Shown: one piece after another, positions 27,730 through 37,418 of the stretch
How positions within the stretch are numbered: the first letter of the stretch is position 1
Layout: every line of letters begins with the position of its first letter
From: Candidatus Pacearchaeota archaeon
Lineage (GTDB): Archaea > Nanobdellota > Nanobdellia > Pacearchaeales > GW2011-AR1
NCBI GenBank assembly: GCA_049511795.1
Contig: JBEKXS010000001.1
Span: 129,497 to 193,496, forward strand
DNA length: 64,000 bases
Direction of reading: 5' to 3'
The notes under the pieces: model-generated
The model's database searches: none
What the model saw: only the letters and a program-made list of their open reading frames with translations
Told to the model about the DNA's origin: nothing
Translations under genes and position numbers: made by a program

Positions 27730-29586
27730 ATGTTAACAAATAATAGATTATGGTTATTTTTTGGAGCTTTTATATTAATTATTTTTTTATTGAATAATAT
27801 TTCTGCATCAAGCATATGCTGGGTTGCAAATAGCACTGCTAACTGTCAAGCATCTTATGGTGGTACTGGTAAAGTAGTGATGCATGTCTCTGATGTAACA
27901 AATGCACATAGTGAGTTGGTAAGTCAATCTAGTTATAATGATGTTTTATGTTGTAATTTTGGTGGTGGTGATACTACTTGTTCTTCAACTTTAAATTCTA
28001 TGACAGGGCAGCCCATAAATAAAATTCTTGGATTGGCATATATAACAAATTCTCATGCAGAAAGTGGTGGCTTAACATTGCAATATGCTAATTATAATAC
28101 AAATAATGTTTGTTATGACAGCACAACATCATGCCAACCTGTTCCCGCAAATCCCGATGGCACATTTCCTAATTGTGGAACCAATCAAACAGCAATAATA
28201 CAAATCTCATCTGGTTTATCTTTAAATTACACAAATGCGCATGTAGAAAGTGCGGGACTTTCAAACTATAGAACAGAAATTTGCTGTAAAGTTAGCCAGT
28301 CACCACCTCCTTCACCCTGCAAAATCACATTGGCATCATGGAGCACTACACAGATTGTAGTCGGAAATAGTGTAAAATTGAATGTTGCAACATCAAATTG
28401 CCAACCAGGAACGCAAATTTCATTCTCGGTTTTTAGACATGGTGGTGGAAGCCCTTCATGCAGCAGCATCACCGGCTGCACAGATCCAAGTCCATCAACA
28501 ATTTCTGTTGACTCAAATGGAAATGCAGTATTAACATGGGCATCAGGACCTGCTGATAACAATAGTTATTATTTTGTCGCAAGTTTAACGAGTGATTCAT
28601 CGATAAAAGCTCAAAGTAATGATTTAAGTGTTCTTAGCAAGCCTCCTGTTTGGTGTCAAAGTGTTACAGACTGCTCCAATTATCTTAATCAATCAACTTG
28701 CACAAATCCTGATATTTGCAATATAGCAAATAATATTGACCCTAATTGCGGCACTTCAGGAGTAAGTTGCTCTTGTTATTGGGATGCATCTGCAAATTTA
28801 TGTAATGATTCAATAAGTTATACTCCAACTCATTATCATGCAGAATGCCAGAACAGCAAGTGTGTTTTAGTTCAGGGTGATGGCGTGACTTCATGTGGTG
28901 TAGTAGGGGCTTCATGTACCATTCCAACTCCAAATTATGCAATGTGTGTTGGCACAACATGTATGCTTGTAAATGGTAGCGGAACAAATAGTTGCTCTTT
29001 GGATGCAGATTGTATTAATAATACAAATAATCCTGCTCATGCAGAATGCCAGAACAGCAAGTGTGTTGAAGTTGCAGGAGATGGAAATACTTCATGTGCT
29101 ATTATAAATTACAACTGTTCAATACCTGCAGTATATTATAATAGTTGTGTAAGCCAGTTGTGTATGTTAACAAACGGAACAGGAACAAGTCAATGTTCTA
29201 TAGGGCAGGACTGTGTTAACCTTCAACAAAATAGCAGCATTGGAACATGCTATTATCATGCAGCAAGTAACGGCACTTGCCAAGGCAATCAATTCTTAAC
29301 AGTCAGTCTATCATCTAGATGGGTATGGGCTAATTCCGGAGTTGCACCCGTAAATGGTTTGTGTGATAGCGGATATGTTTTAGGCAGTGATGGAAATTGT
29401 CATTATGATCCACAAAGTATCTCAGTATCATGTGTTGCCAAGACAGAAAACCTTCAATGCCCTACGCAGATTCCATTACCATTCTTCACTTTCTATAATA
29501 TGATTGCAGTACTTTTGATAATTGCAGCTGTCTACGTAGCAATCGGTGTGATGAAGAAAAAGAAAGTCAGGATAAAAATAGTTTAA
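27730..29586 (+). CDS. cysteine-rich surface protein with a C-terminal TM anchor and an internal tandem duplication
   Basis: Signal peptide, more than 60 Cys, two 67-aa tandem repeats (HAECQNSKCV...), and a C-terminal TM (MIAVLLIIAAVYVAIGV) followed by KKKK. Confidence 0.55.
   Translation: MLTNNRLWLFFGAFILIIFLLNNISASSICWVANSTANCQASYGGTGKVVMHVSDVTNAHSELVSQSSYNDVLCCNFGGGDTTCSSTLNSMTGQPINKILGLAYITNSHAESGGLTLQYANYNTNNVCYDSTTSCQPVPANPDGTFPNCGTNQTAIIQISSGLSLNYTNAHVESAGLSNYRTEICCKVSQSPPPSPCKITLASWSTTQIVVGNSVKLNVATSNCQPGTQISFSVFRHGGGSPSCSSITGCTDPSPSTISVDSNGNAVLTWASGPADNNSYYFVASLTSDSSIKAQSNDLSVLSKPPVWCQSVTDCSNYLNQSTCTNPDICNIANNIDPNCGTSGVSCSCYWDASANLCNDSISYTPTHYHAECQNSKCVLVQGDGVTSCGVVGASCTIPTPNYAMCVGTTCMLVNGSGTNSCSLDADCINNTNNPAHAECQNSKCVEVAGDGNTSCAIINYNCSIPAVYYNSCVSQLCMLTNGTGTSQCSIGQDCVNLQQNSSIGTCYYHAASNGTCQGNQFLTVSLSSRWVWANSGVAPVNGLCDSGYVLGSDGNCHYDPQSISVSCVAKTENLQCPTQIPLPFFTFYNMIAVLLIIAAVYVAIGVMKKKKVRIKIV
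28837..29238 (+). repeat. 201-bp tandem direct repeat (2 copies) inside the 27730-29586 CDS
   Basis: catgcagaatgccagaacagcaagtgtgtt recurs at 28837 and 29038, in frame, encoding two 67-aa Cys-rich modules. Confidence 0.7.
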
Positions 29587-29661
29587 AATTAGTTCTGGAA
29601 ATAGGACAAATATTCGAGAGAATATTTATAAATCAGCTTGACCTTTTTTATAAATAAAAAG

Positions 29662-32247
29662 ATGGTCGATAAAACATGTGTTTTTTGTGTGTTTTTATCT
29701 GTGATTTTTCTATTTTTTATTAGCTCTGTCTCTGCAAATTTTGTCCTTGGAAACCAAAGCTATTCAATAGGCAATATTTACGGACCTTCTGGCAGCATTA
29801 CAGGCTGGGTAAACATAAGTTTTAATTCAGAGCCATTGAATGCCAATTTTACAAGTTCAACAGGAAACTCGATAAGTTTAGGGAACTTGTTAAATCAAAA
29901 TATGGAATATATTGATACTTGCTCAACTTACAACTGCAGGACAGATTATTCTGCAAGCAATGCGCAGCAGACAAAAACAGCAACACTAAATGCAGGAGAT
30001 TCATCTATTTACGGAATAAAACTGACAGGAAATATTGCAAGTATAAATTCAATAAACTTTCAGCTGACAAGCGATGCAGGGCCTTCATGCTTGAACCAGG
30101 TTGAAGTTGATTTTCTTGGAGATGGTTCAATAGACAATATAAACACGAATTCTGCAGGATCAAATTCCTGCTCTGACACAACAAAAAGTTATGGATGCTT
30201 TAATCAAAGCCTTGTTACAGACAATCCACAGATAGTAACTACGCCTTTATGCGAGCTTGTCAATCTTTCTGTTTCTCCTGGTTTTTTCATAGGAGCATGG
30301 ATACAAAAAATTAGCGGAAGCGAAGTTGTGAATGCCTCGCTTTATACAGTTAATGGAATAAATGTAGTAAAACATGCAGAGTGTACGCTTCCGGATGCTT
30401 CTTCAAATGGTGGAGAAGTTTCATGCATAGTTAATTATTCTGTTTCAACTCCACAGCAGGCTTATGTATGCATAAGAAATGTATCTGGAAACGGAAATTA
30501 TGTAACACAGGCATATTCAAGTCCTAATGGATGTGGATTTTCAGGAACTCCTGTTTCAACTGCATCAGCTGCTTATCCTATTTTTGCAGAGGGACAGCAA
30601 TTTGACAGTGTTGGAACAATGAATTTGAATTTGTCATACAATCAATCAATAAATCAGGCAATCAATTTTTCCAACCTTGCAGAGAACTACATAATACAAA
30701 ATTACAATAATGGATTGAATTGCACAGCTGGCTGCATTATCCCTATAAAAATAAATTCAAATGTTCCAAGCCAAAGTATAACATTAAGCAACCTATTGGT
30801 TAATTACAAAACAGATATAGGTCAGCTTTCAACAAAAAATTTCTATGACCTTTCAGCTGCGCCTGCAAAAGTTTCTTCTGATTTCCAGCCACTTTATCTG
30901 GACAACGCTGGCTTTACTTTGCCGAGCAATATTGGTAATTATGCTTTCTCGCTAAACCTTGACGGACAAAGCTTAATTTCTCAACAAGTACAAATTGCAA
31001 ACATTCCTGTAATAAGACTTGTAAATCCATTGAGAACAGCTTATGCATACCCAACAACATTTTCAGTAAGCGTTGATTCAAGCCAAAACCTCAGCATCTT
31101 TTCCTGGGATTTTGGAGACAACAGTTCTATTGTAACAACAGATACAAACTCAACAACGCACACCTATAACAGTGCAGGAGTTTACAATTTAATGATTAAT
31201 GTAACAGATGAAAATAATTTAAGTTCGTCAAAAACTTTCGCGATAAATGTCAGCTCGCCAACAGGATTAATAGCTGCAAATCTTAATGACATGAAAAGAG
31301 CTGTTTCTGTTTTGCAAGGCCAGGTTGCAGCCTTCACGTCATTTCAGCAGCAAGCTTTGAATGCATCCTTGAATCTTGGCTACATAAACAGCCAACTTAA
31401 TCTTTTAACTTCTGAATTTAGCAACGCAAGCACTCCTTCTGATTATAATAATATAGTTGCAGGGCTTTTGGCAATAAAAATTCCTGACCAAATTTATGAC
31501 ACAGCAACTGCGCAGAATGTTCCTTTTGTTCAGCAATCAAATAATGTAAACATGAATGTTTTGCAGGAAATAGCTGGAGGAAATTACACACAAGGTCAAG
31601 ACCAGGCTTATGCAGATGCAATCAATACATGGCAGCAGCTAAATCTTAACATGAACATGAATTATGATGAATTCACCGGCTCTTACTCAGGATACCTTGA
31701 CCCTGTGGCAAAGGTCTTCACAATAACTGTCAGCGAGAAAAAAGACGTGCCTTATGATTACTATCTTGTTCTTCCTCAGATGGGTGGATTTACATCAGAC
31801 AGCAATTACAGCACAAAGGACAATTATATTTATTTTGACTTGAAAAACAAAAACACTGTTTCATTCTCAACAACAGACAATATTGATGTTACAAATCTTC
31901 CTGCATTTATTTCACCTGCAATAAGCCAGCTTGATGTGACGACTACGACTGCTGAAACACCTATCTTGTCAAAATGGGTGACGTTTTCGCTAATAGTTGT
32001 CGGGATTTTGATTGTAGCAATTGTTGTTTATCTTCTCTTGAGGAGATGGTATGACAGAAGATATGAAAATTATTTGTTCAAAAACAGAAACGACCTTTAC
32101 AATATGGTAAATTATGTAAATAATGCAAAAGGAAAAGGAATGCAGAACAATGAAATAGAGCAGAACTTAAGAAAAGCAGGATGGAGCGGCGAAAGAGTAG
32201 TGTATGTGATGAGAAAATATGCAGGAAAAAGAACAGGATTGCTATAA
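29662..32247 (+). CDS. large surface protein with a PKD domain and a C-terminal TM anchor
   Basis: The track start at 29638 is a TTG. The ATG at 29662 gives a clean signal peptide (MVDKTCVFCVFLSVIFLFFISSVSA). PKD-like segment FSWDFGDNSSIV...THTYNSAGVYNLMINVTDENN. C-terminal TM (WVTFSLIVVGILIVAIVVYLLL) plus a basic tail. Confidence 0.6.
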   Translation: MVDKTCVFCVFLSVIFLFFISSVSANFVLGNQSYSIGNIYGPSGSITGWVNISFNSEPLNANFTSSTGNSISLGNLLNQNMEYIDTCSTYNCRTDYSASNAQQTKTATLNAGDSSIYGIKLTGNIASINSINFQLTSDAGPSCLNQVEVDFLGDGSIDNINTNSAGSNSCSDTTKSYGCFNQSLVTDNPQIVTTPLCELVNLSVSPGFFIGAWIQKISGSEVVNASLYTVNGINVVKHAECTLPDASSNGGEVSCIVNYSVSTPQQAYVCIRNVSGNGNYVTQAYSSPNGCGFSGTPVSTASAAYPIFAEGQQFDSVGTMNLNLSYNQSINQAINFSNLAENYIIQNYNNGLNCTAGCIIPIKINSNVPSQSITLSNLLVNYKTDIGQLSTKNFYDLSAAPAKVSSDFQPLYLDNAGFTLPSNIGNYAFSLNLDGQSLISQQVQIANIPVIRLVNPLRTAYAYPTTFSVSVDSSQNLSIFSWDFGDNSSIVTTDTNSTTHTYNSAGVYNLMINVTDENNLSSSKTFAINVSSPTGLIAANLNDMKRAVSVLQGQVAAFTSFQQQALNASLNLGYINSQLNLLTSEFSNASTPSDYNNIVAGLLAIKIPDQIYDTATAQNVPFVQQSNNVNMNVLQEIAGGNYTQGQDQAYADAINTWQQLNLNMNMNYDEFTGSYSGYLDPVAKVFTITVSEKKDVPYDYYLVLPQMGGFTSDSNYSTKDNYIYFDLKNKNTVSFSTTDNIDVTNLPAFISPAISQLDVTTTTAETPILSKWVTFSLIVVGILIVAIVVYLLLRRWYDRRYENYLFKNRNDLYNMVNYVNNAKGKGMQNNEIEQNLRKAGWSGERVVYVMRKYAGKRTGLL

Positions 32248-32315
32248 GGCAAAGTATTCAATTGTAAAATTAAACACACAAAATTTAATAAACCTGAACA
32301 ACAAATTTATTTATA

Positions 32316-32957
32316 ATGGTAGTAAAAGAGTTCAAGAATTTCTTCAAAAGAATCTTCTTCAATATGTTTAAAGGGAAAAGGGAGCTGAAGCTTGGGTTTT
32401 ATGGTCCGCCTAATGCTGGAAAAACAAGTCTGGCAAACAGGATATGCAAGGATTTCACAGGAGAAGAGTTGGGGACAGTAAGCAAGATACCTCATGAAAC
32501 AAGAACCGTGCAATTTAAGGAAAAAGTTGAGATAGATTACAAGGGAAAAAAGATGCTTTTCAAAATGATTGACACGCCGGGCATTGCAACAAAAATAGAT
32601 TATGAAGATTTCCTGAAATATAGAATGAAAAAGAAAGATGCAATGGAAAGGGCAAAAGAAGCAACGCAGGGAGTTGTTGAAAGCATAAAATGGCTTGATG
32701 ACATGGATGTTGTTGTAATTGTTTTGGATGCTACGGAAAATCCATACAACCAGGTCAACTTAACAATAATCGGAAACCTTGTTGCAAGAAAAATTCCTGT
32801 CCTTATTGTTGCAAACAAAATCGATTTGAGAAAGTCAAGCATAAAGAAAATAGAAGCTGCATTCCCTGAATATGAAGTAATAGGAATAAGCGCAAAATAC
32901 GGGAAAAACTTGGAGGAGTTTTATGAATCCGTTTTCAAGCTCGCAAAAAGTGCCTGA
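32316..32957 (+). CDS. small P-loop GTPase (TRAFAC class)
   Basis: G1 GPPNAGKTS, G3 DTPG, G4 ANKID. Confidence 0.65.
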   Translation: MVVKEFKNFFKRIFFNMFKGKRELKLGFYGPPNAGKTSLANRICKDFTGEELGTVSKIPHETRTVQFKEKVEIDYKGKKMLFKMIDTPGIATKIDYEDFLKYRMKKKDAMERAKEATQGVVESIKWLDDMDVVVIVLDATENPYNQVNLTIIGNLVARKIPVLIVANKIDLRKSSIKKIEAAFPEYEVIGISAKYGKNLEEFYESVFKLAKSA

Positions 32958-32997
32958 AATAAAAAATTAAAAACCGCATTTCATATATAATAAAAAG

Positions 32998-33399
32998 ATG
33001 GTGAAGAAAATAAGTGGGAAAATCAAGGGGTTCAGCATCCAGTTTCTTCCATATGCTGAAATCAGAGGCCTTGACAGCGACCAAAGAATAAAAAAAATTC
33101 TTAATATTGTTTTAGGAAACAATATCTTGATTTTGCAGGGAAGGCTTAACCCGAACGAGGAAACAAGGCTTATAGGAGATACAATGGCAATGATAGGCCA
33201 TGTAAAAAACTTCAAAGGTGTCGAGCTCGCAGTTATTTCTGGAAATGGCAAAGAGGGATTTTTCGGAAAATTCAGGTCAAACCTTGTCAGCGCTATTGCA
33301 GGCGGAGACATAGGCGCTGTGACAATAATAGGACCTGCAACAATTGTCAAGGAAATAAAAAGAAATCCAAAGAAGATTGAATTGTTGCTGAAAGGATAA
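32998..33399 (+). CDS. conserved archaeal hypothetical protein (possibly DUF2073-like) linked to the GTPase
   Basis: 133-aa ORF 40 nt after the GTPase. The family assignment is from memory of a conserved archaeal GTPase/DUF/zinc-ribbon gene triad and is not verified. Confidence 0.4.
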   Translation: MVKKISGKIKGFSIQFLPYAEIRGLDSDQRIKKILNIVLGNNILILQGRLNPNEETRLIGDTMAMIGHVKNFKGVELAVISGNGKEGFFGKFRSNLVSAIAGGDIGAVTIIGPATIVKEIKRNPKKIELLLKG

Positions 33400-33451
33400 T
33401 TTTATTCTAGAAGCCCATAAACTTTATAATTATGTTCTGCATTAAACTTTT

Positions 33452-33874
33452 ATGCCACATCAGTGTGTCAGATGCTCCAGAATAATTCCTGCAGGAAGCA
33501 GGGAAATTCTTGAAGGATGCAAAGAATGTCATAGTCACTTTTTCTTTTACATAAGGGATGACCAGCTAGAAAAAGCAGTTAACAATGTAATTGAAATACC
33601 TGAGAAAGACAAGGATAAAATAGAGGAAGACATAAGGGAAATGGTTGGTATTGAAGATTCGCAAACACCTGTTATTCTTGATGTTGAATCAATAAGGGCA
33701 ACAGGAGAGGGTAAATTTGAATTGGACATTGCAAAAATATTCAGAAAAGATAGGCCTCTTATTTACAAGCTTGAGGAAGGAAAATATATCATTGACCTTG
33801 CCTCGACTCTTAACGCAAGTCCAAGCGACCTTGTCAAGAATATAGTGGGAAAAAAGAAAGGAAAGAAGAAATAA
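33452..33874 (+). CDS. zinc-ribbon protein (CxxC...CxxC), probably the third member of the GTPase-linked triad
   Basis: N-terminal CVRCS...CKEC zinc ribbon, Lys-rich C-terminus. Confidence 0.45.
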   Translation: MPHQCVRCSRIIPAGSREILEGCKECHSHFFFYIRDDQLEKAVNNVIEIPEKDKDKIEEDIREMVGIEDSQTPVILDVESIRATGEGKFELDIAKIFRKDRPLIYKLEEGKYIIDLASTLNASPSDLVKNIVGKKKGKKK

Positions 33875-33922
33875 TTCTATCTTGGGAGATATATTAATAA
33901 AGTATTTTCTCTTTTTTCAGGC

Positions 33923-35203
33923 ATGCCCAGCAAAATTAATTCTGTTCTGAAAGAAGTTCTGTCTTTTGTCAAGCCATCTGAAAAAGAGATTATGGAAATA
34001 AATGCTAAGCTTAAGATTTTTCTGGAAAAAATAGATAAGAACAGGAAAAAGAACAAGATAAACGCACAGATTTTTGTCGGCGGAAGCCAGGCAAAATCAA
34101 CAATGATAAAAAAAGATTCTTATGACATAGATGTTTTTGTAAGGTTTGACAAGAAATACAAGGATTCAATGCTTTCTGACCTTACAGAAAAAATATTGAG
34201 TGGACAGAAGTTCATAAGAATTCACGGCTCAAGGGATTATTTCAAGATAAAATCAGGAGAAGGGCTTTTCTTTGAAATTATTCCTGTAAAGATGGTTCAA
34301 AGTCCCAAGGAATCAGAAAATGTTACAGACCTTTCATATTCTCATGTCAATTATATAAAAAAGAAAATAAAATCTGAGAAATTGCTTGATGAAATAAGGC
34401 TTGCAAAATCTTTCTGCTATGCAAATCAAGCTTATGGTGCAGAATCTTATATCAGCGGTTTCTCTGGTTATGGTATTGAATTGCTTGTTTATTATTACAA
34501 AAGCTTTGAAAAGTTTGCAAAGGCAATTGCGAAAATAAATCTTAAAGAAAAAACAGTAATTGACATAGAGAAACAGCACAAGAACAAAAACCAGATATTA
34601 ATGGACATAAATGAGGCAAAGCTGAAATCTCCGATAATTCTTATAGATCCTACATACAAACAGAGAAATGTTCTTGCCGCATTGTCAATGGAAACACTGG
34701 CAGGGTTCCAGAAAATATGCATTAATTTTCTAAAAAAACCAGACGTCGGATTTTTCAAGCAGAAAGTTGTTGACATTGAAAAAGTCAGGCAAGATGCAAA
34801 GAACAAAGGCTATGAGTTATTACTAATAAAAATAGCAACTAACAAGCAGGAAGGAGACATTGCAGGAAGCAAGCTACTCAAATTCTACAGATATATCAAT
34901 CAGGAAATACAGAGGTTTTATGAAATAAAGGCAGATGGTTTTGAATATTCTGGTAAAAAAACAGCAAGAGCTTTTTATGTTGTGAAAAAAAGAAGAGATA
35001 TTTTAGTTAGAGGGCCTAAAGTTAACGATAAAGAAAATGTCAAAAGATTCAGGCTAAAGCATAAAATTATTTCTGTTAAAAACGGGCAGCTATATTCAAA
35101 AATTCAGATTAAAGGTGCGGTAAAGGGATTTATGAGAGATTTTATATTAAAAAACAGAGACAAAATAAAGGACATGAGCATTACTGGGTTAGATGTTCTT
35201 TAG
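33923..35203 (+). CDS. cca: archaeal class I CCA-adding tRNA nucleotidyltransferase
   Basis: FVGGSQAKSTMIKKDSYDIDVFVRF (pol-beta NTase motif), AYGAESYISGFSGYGIELLV, IDPTYKQRNVLAALS and VGFFKQK align with archaeal CCA enzymes. Confidence 0.8.
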   Translation: MPSKINSVLKEVLSFVKPSEKEIMEINAKLKIFLEKIDKNRKKNKINAQIFVGGSQAKSTMIKKDSYDIDVFVRFDKKYKDSMLSDLTEKILSGQKFIRIHGSRDYFKIKSGEGLFFEIIPVKMVQSPKESENVTDLSYSHVNYIKKKIKSEKLLDEIRLAKSFCYANQAYGAESYISGFSGYGIELLVYYYKSFEKFAKAIAKINLKEKTVIDIEKQHKNKNQILMDINEAKLKSPIILIDPTYKQRNVLAALSMETLAGFQKICINFLKKPDVGFFKQKVVDIEKVRQDAKNKGYELLLIKIATNKQEGDIAGSKLLKFYRYINQEIQRFYEIKADGFEYSGKKTARAFYVVKKRRDILVRGPKVNDKENVKRFRLKHKIISVKNGQLYSKIQIKGAVKGFMRDFILKNRDKIKDMSITGLDVL

Positions 35204-35570
35204 CAGGAATGTCCACTACTTTTGTTTCAAGAGGTCCATAATACTCTCCGAGAAAAATTTCATCACCATTCTTTAAAAGATGCCCGGCATCTGTTAATCT
35301 TTTACCGTTCACAAAGGTTCCATGCCTGGAATTCCCTCTTGAACCACCATCTGTAATATAAGGAATGTCTCCTGTTGCTGTTATTGTGGCATGGGTTCTT
35401 GAAATATCCATTGTCATATCTATTAAAGTACCATCTTCCCATCCAACTTCTATAGTTGCACCATTATCAAGTCTGCCAAGAGTAACCTGTCCTCTATTCT
35501 CATTAAGAAGTCTTGTTAAACTATATCTTTTATTTTTCCTTATATGGTCTATCAAAAAATAATGTTCCAT
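35181..35570 (-). CDS. FHA-domain-only protein (129 aa)
   Basis: GR...SRTHA...HGTFVNGKRL FHA signature. C-terminus YYGPLE. Paralogue of the next gene. Confidence 0.65.
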   Translation of the reverse strand: MEHYFLIDHIRKNKRYSLTRLLNENRGQVTLGRLDNGATIEVGWEDGTLIDMTMDISRTHATITATGDIPYITDGGSRGNSRHGTFVNGKRLTDAGHLLKNGDEIFLGEYYGPLETKVVDIPAKEHLTQ

Positions 35571-35635
35571 GTTAACAGACTATGAAAAAAATAAACTGGT
35601 TTAAAAACTTTTTTCAATTACTGCCTGATTTTTGA

Positions 35636-36031
35636 TTAAACATCAACTTCTGTGCATTCAAGCGGGCCATATATGCCAAGATAGAATGTTGTTCTATTAA
35701 CAAGGTCAAATTCTTCACCTTTATGTGGAGTTTTTTCTCCATTAAATCTTGTCCCGTTTGTAGAATTAAGGTCTTTATAGCGATAAAAATCTCCAACTTT
35801 TTTTATTACTCCATGTTCTCCTGAAACAGTTCCTAAAGTTGAGAGGCTTTTTGCAGATAACACTCTTTGTTCTTCTGTCTTAGTCATTTCATAAAGCTGG
35901 TCAAAATCACCTACTTGTATTCTTGCCTTCCCTCCTAACCTGCCAATAGTTACTTCATGATGTTGTTCTACTAAATCTGTCAAATCCCATTTTTTCCCTG
36001 CATTATCATCTTTTAATATTAAGTGTTTCAT
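35636..36031 (-). CDS. FHA-domain-only protein (131 aa)
   Basis: IGRL...GEHG...STNGTRFNGEK FHA signature. C-terminus IYGPLE. Confidence 0.65.
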   Translation of the reverse strand: MKHLILKDDNAGKKWDLTDLVEQHHEVTIGRLGGKARIQVGDFDQLYEMTKTEEQRVLSAKSLSTLGTVSGEHGVIKKVGDFYRYKDLNSTNGTRFNGEKTPHKGEEFDLVNRTTFYLGIYGPLECTEVDV

Positions 36032-36034
36032 TTT

Positions 36035-36256
36035 TCACCCCATGTACTTAGAACTTTTCTTTTTATCGGTCAGCGCAAAGTATGCTGCTATAGGTAATCC
36101 AACAAGTGCCTTAGCACAAAAAGTAACTCCATGCACTATTTTTTCCAGTGTTGGTGTTTTTGATAAATCATAAGCTACGGCTTCTCTGAACCCATATTCT
36201 CTAACATATTCTGGAAAATTCCAGAAATTGTAAGAATCACTGTTTGTGTTTGTCAT
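36035..36256 (-). CDS. hypothetical small protein (73 aa) in the FHA operon
   Basis: ORF 3 nt from both flanking genes on the same strand. Confidence 0.35.
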   Translation of the reverse strand: MTNTNSDSYNFWNFPEYVREYGFREAVAYDLSKTPTLEKIVHGVTFCAKALVGLPIAAYFALTDKKKSSKYMG

Positions 36257-36259
36257 TTT

Positions 36260-37042
36260 TTAATTCACTCCTTCAACAGCTTTCTCAAAAAGGACTGTGA
36301 AAGCTTGGGCAAAGAAATCAGAATTAAGCCAGATTGCTGTGTCGTCAGGGCCTGAGTTTTTTGAAAGGTAGAAAAGAATTTCTTTTCTGTCAACTATGAA
36401 GAATTTGGCTTCAACATCAACGCTTTTTATTTTTACTCCAAGCTCTTTTTCTACTTTTCTTACAAGCTTTTCATCGCCTGAAAGAGCCATCTTAACCTTT
36501 ATTCCATTTCTTCCAAGATTCTGGATTGTCTGCTTGAAAAGATTTAGCTTGTAATTTATGTCTTCTGCGTTTGTGCAAATAAGAACTTCTTTTTCCGCAT
36601 TCTGCAAAATTTCCTTCAAATAATTTGAAATATTTGATCTTCCTTTTATTGCAGCTGAAAGGTCTTCTTTCTTGACAGGCCTTAAACCTTCCTTGTAGAT
36701 TTCCTCAAGTTTCATGAATTCGTCTGTTGATTTTATATTTGAAAGTGTGACAATTCTTTCCTCTGCATCTGAACGAACATTGTTCTTCATCTTTTCAATT
36801 ATCATATGTGGCTTGACGCCTATGTATTTAACTGGTTTTCCAAGTTTTACGATTGCAAAACCCTTTTTCTCAAGGCTTTCCAAAACATCATATGTTCTTG
36901 AACGTGGAACACGGGATAATTCTGCAATTTCTCCTGCAGAAGCAATTCCTTTTCCAAGCAAAGCTAGCCAAACCTTTGTTTCATAGATATTAAGGTCAAA
37001 GTAATCCTTAATTCTGCTTATGAGTTCTTGTTTTACGAGCAT
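36260..37042 (-). CDS. TrmB-family transcriptional regulator (paralogue of 11532-12338)
   Basis: YETKVWLALLGKGIASAGEIAELSRVPRSRTYDVLESLEKKGF wHTH. Confidence 0.7.
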   Translation of the reverse strand: MLVKQELISRIKDYFDLNIYETKVWLALLGKGIASAGEIAELSRVPRSRTYDVLESLEKKGFAIVKLGKPVKYIGVKPHMIIEKMKNNVRSDAEERIVTLSNIKSTDEFMKLEEIYKEGLRPVKKEDLSAAIKGRSNISNYLKEILQNAEKEVLICTNAEDINYKLNLFKQTIQNLGRNGIKVKMALSGDEKLVRKVEKELGVKIKSVDVEAKFFIVDRKEILFYLSKNSGPDDTAIWLNSDFFAQAFTVLFEKAVEGVN

Positions 37043-37043
37043 T

Positions 37044-37418
37044 TTATTGTGTCTCCCTTCCTGTTACAGAATCAACATACAAGAAAATTCTAGGTTTTGC
37101 TGTTGGCAAAGCATATTGCAAAACCCCGGGCAATGACCAAACAGAATCTGCCGTAGAAATATTATAGGAATTTAGTAATTTGTCTATTTTTTTATATTCA
37201 GTCGGTTTATTAAGTCCTATAAATATATCCATAGCTCCCTCTCTTTGCTCCATTAATTGGACACTCCCAAATCTTCTTAATCTAGCTATTCTTCCAATCA
37301 TTGCTAATGAACTTTTGGATTTTGGACCTTTTTCTTTTAGAAAAAAGTTCTGTCCGTCTTTTACCAATTCAGATAATGTTTTTCTTTTCATTTTATTGTC
37401 CTTGTCTCCTTTTTGCAA
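37044..37418 (-). CDS. hypothetical protein (124 aa) in the FHA operon
   Basis: ORF 1 nt from TrmB, overlaps the upstream gene by 26 nt. No recognisable motif. Confidence 0.4.
   Translation of the reverse strand: MQKGDKDNKMKRKTLSELVKDGQNFFLKEKGPKSKSSLAMIGRIARLRRFGSVQLMEQREGAMDIFIGLNKPTEYKKIDKLLNSYNISTADSVWSLPGVLQYALPTAKPRIFLYVDSVTGRETQ

Noticed and set aside
29638-29661. TTG-initiated 5' extension of the PKD-protein ORF (MTFFINKK)
   Set aside because: The in-frame ATG at 29662 produces a textbook signal peptide. The extension adds a charged octapeptide before it.
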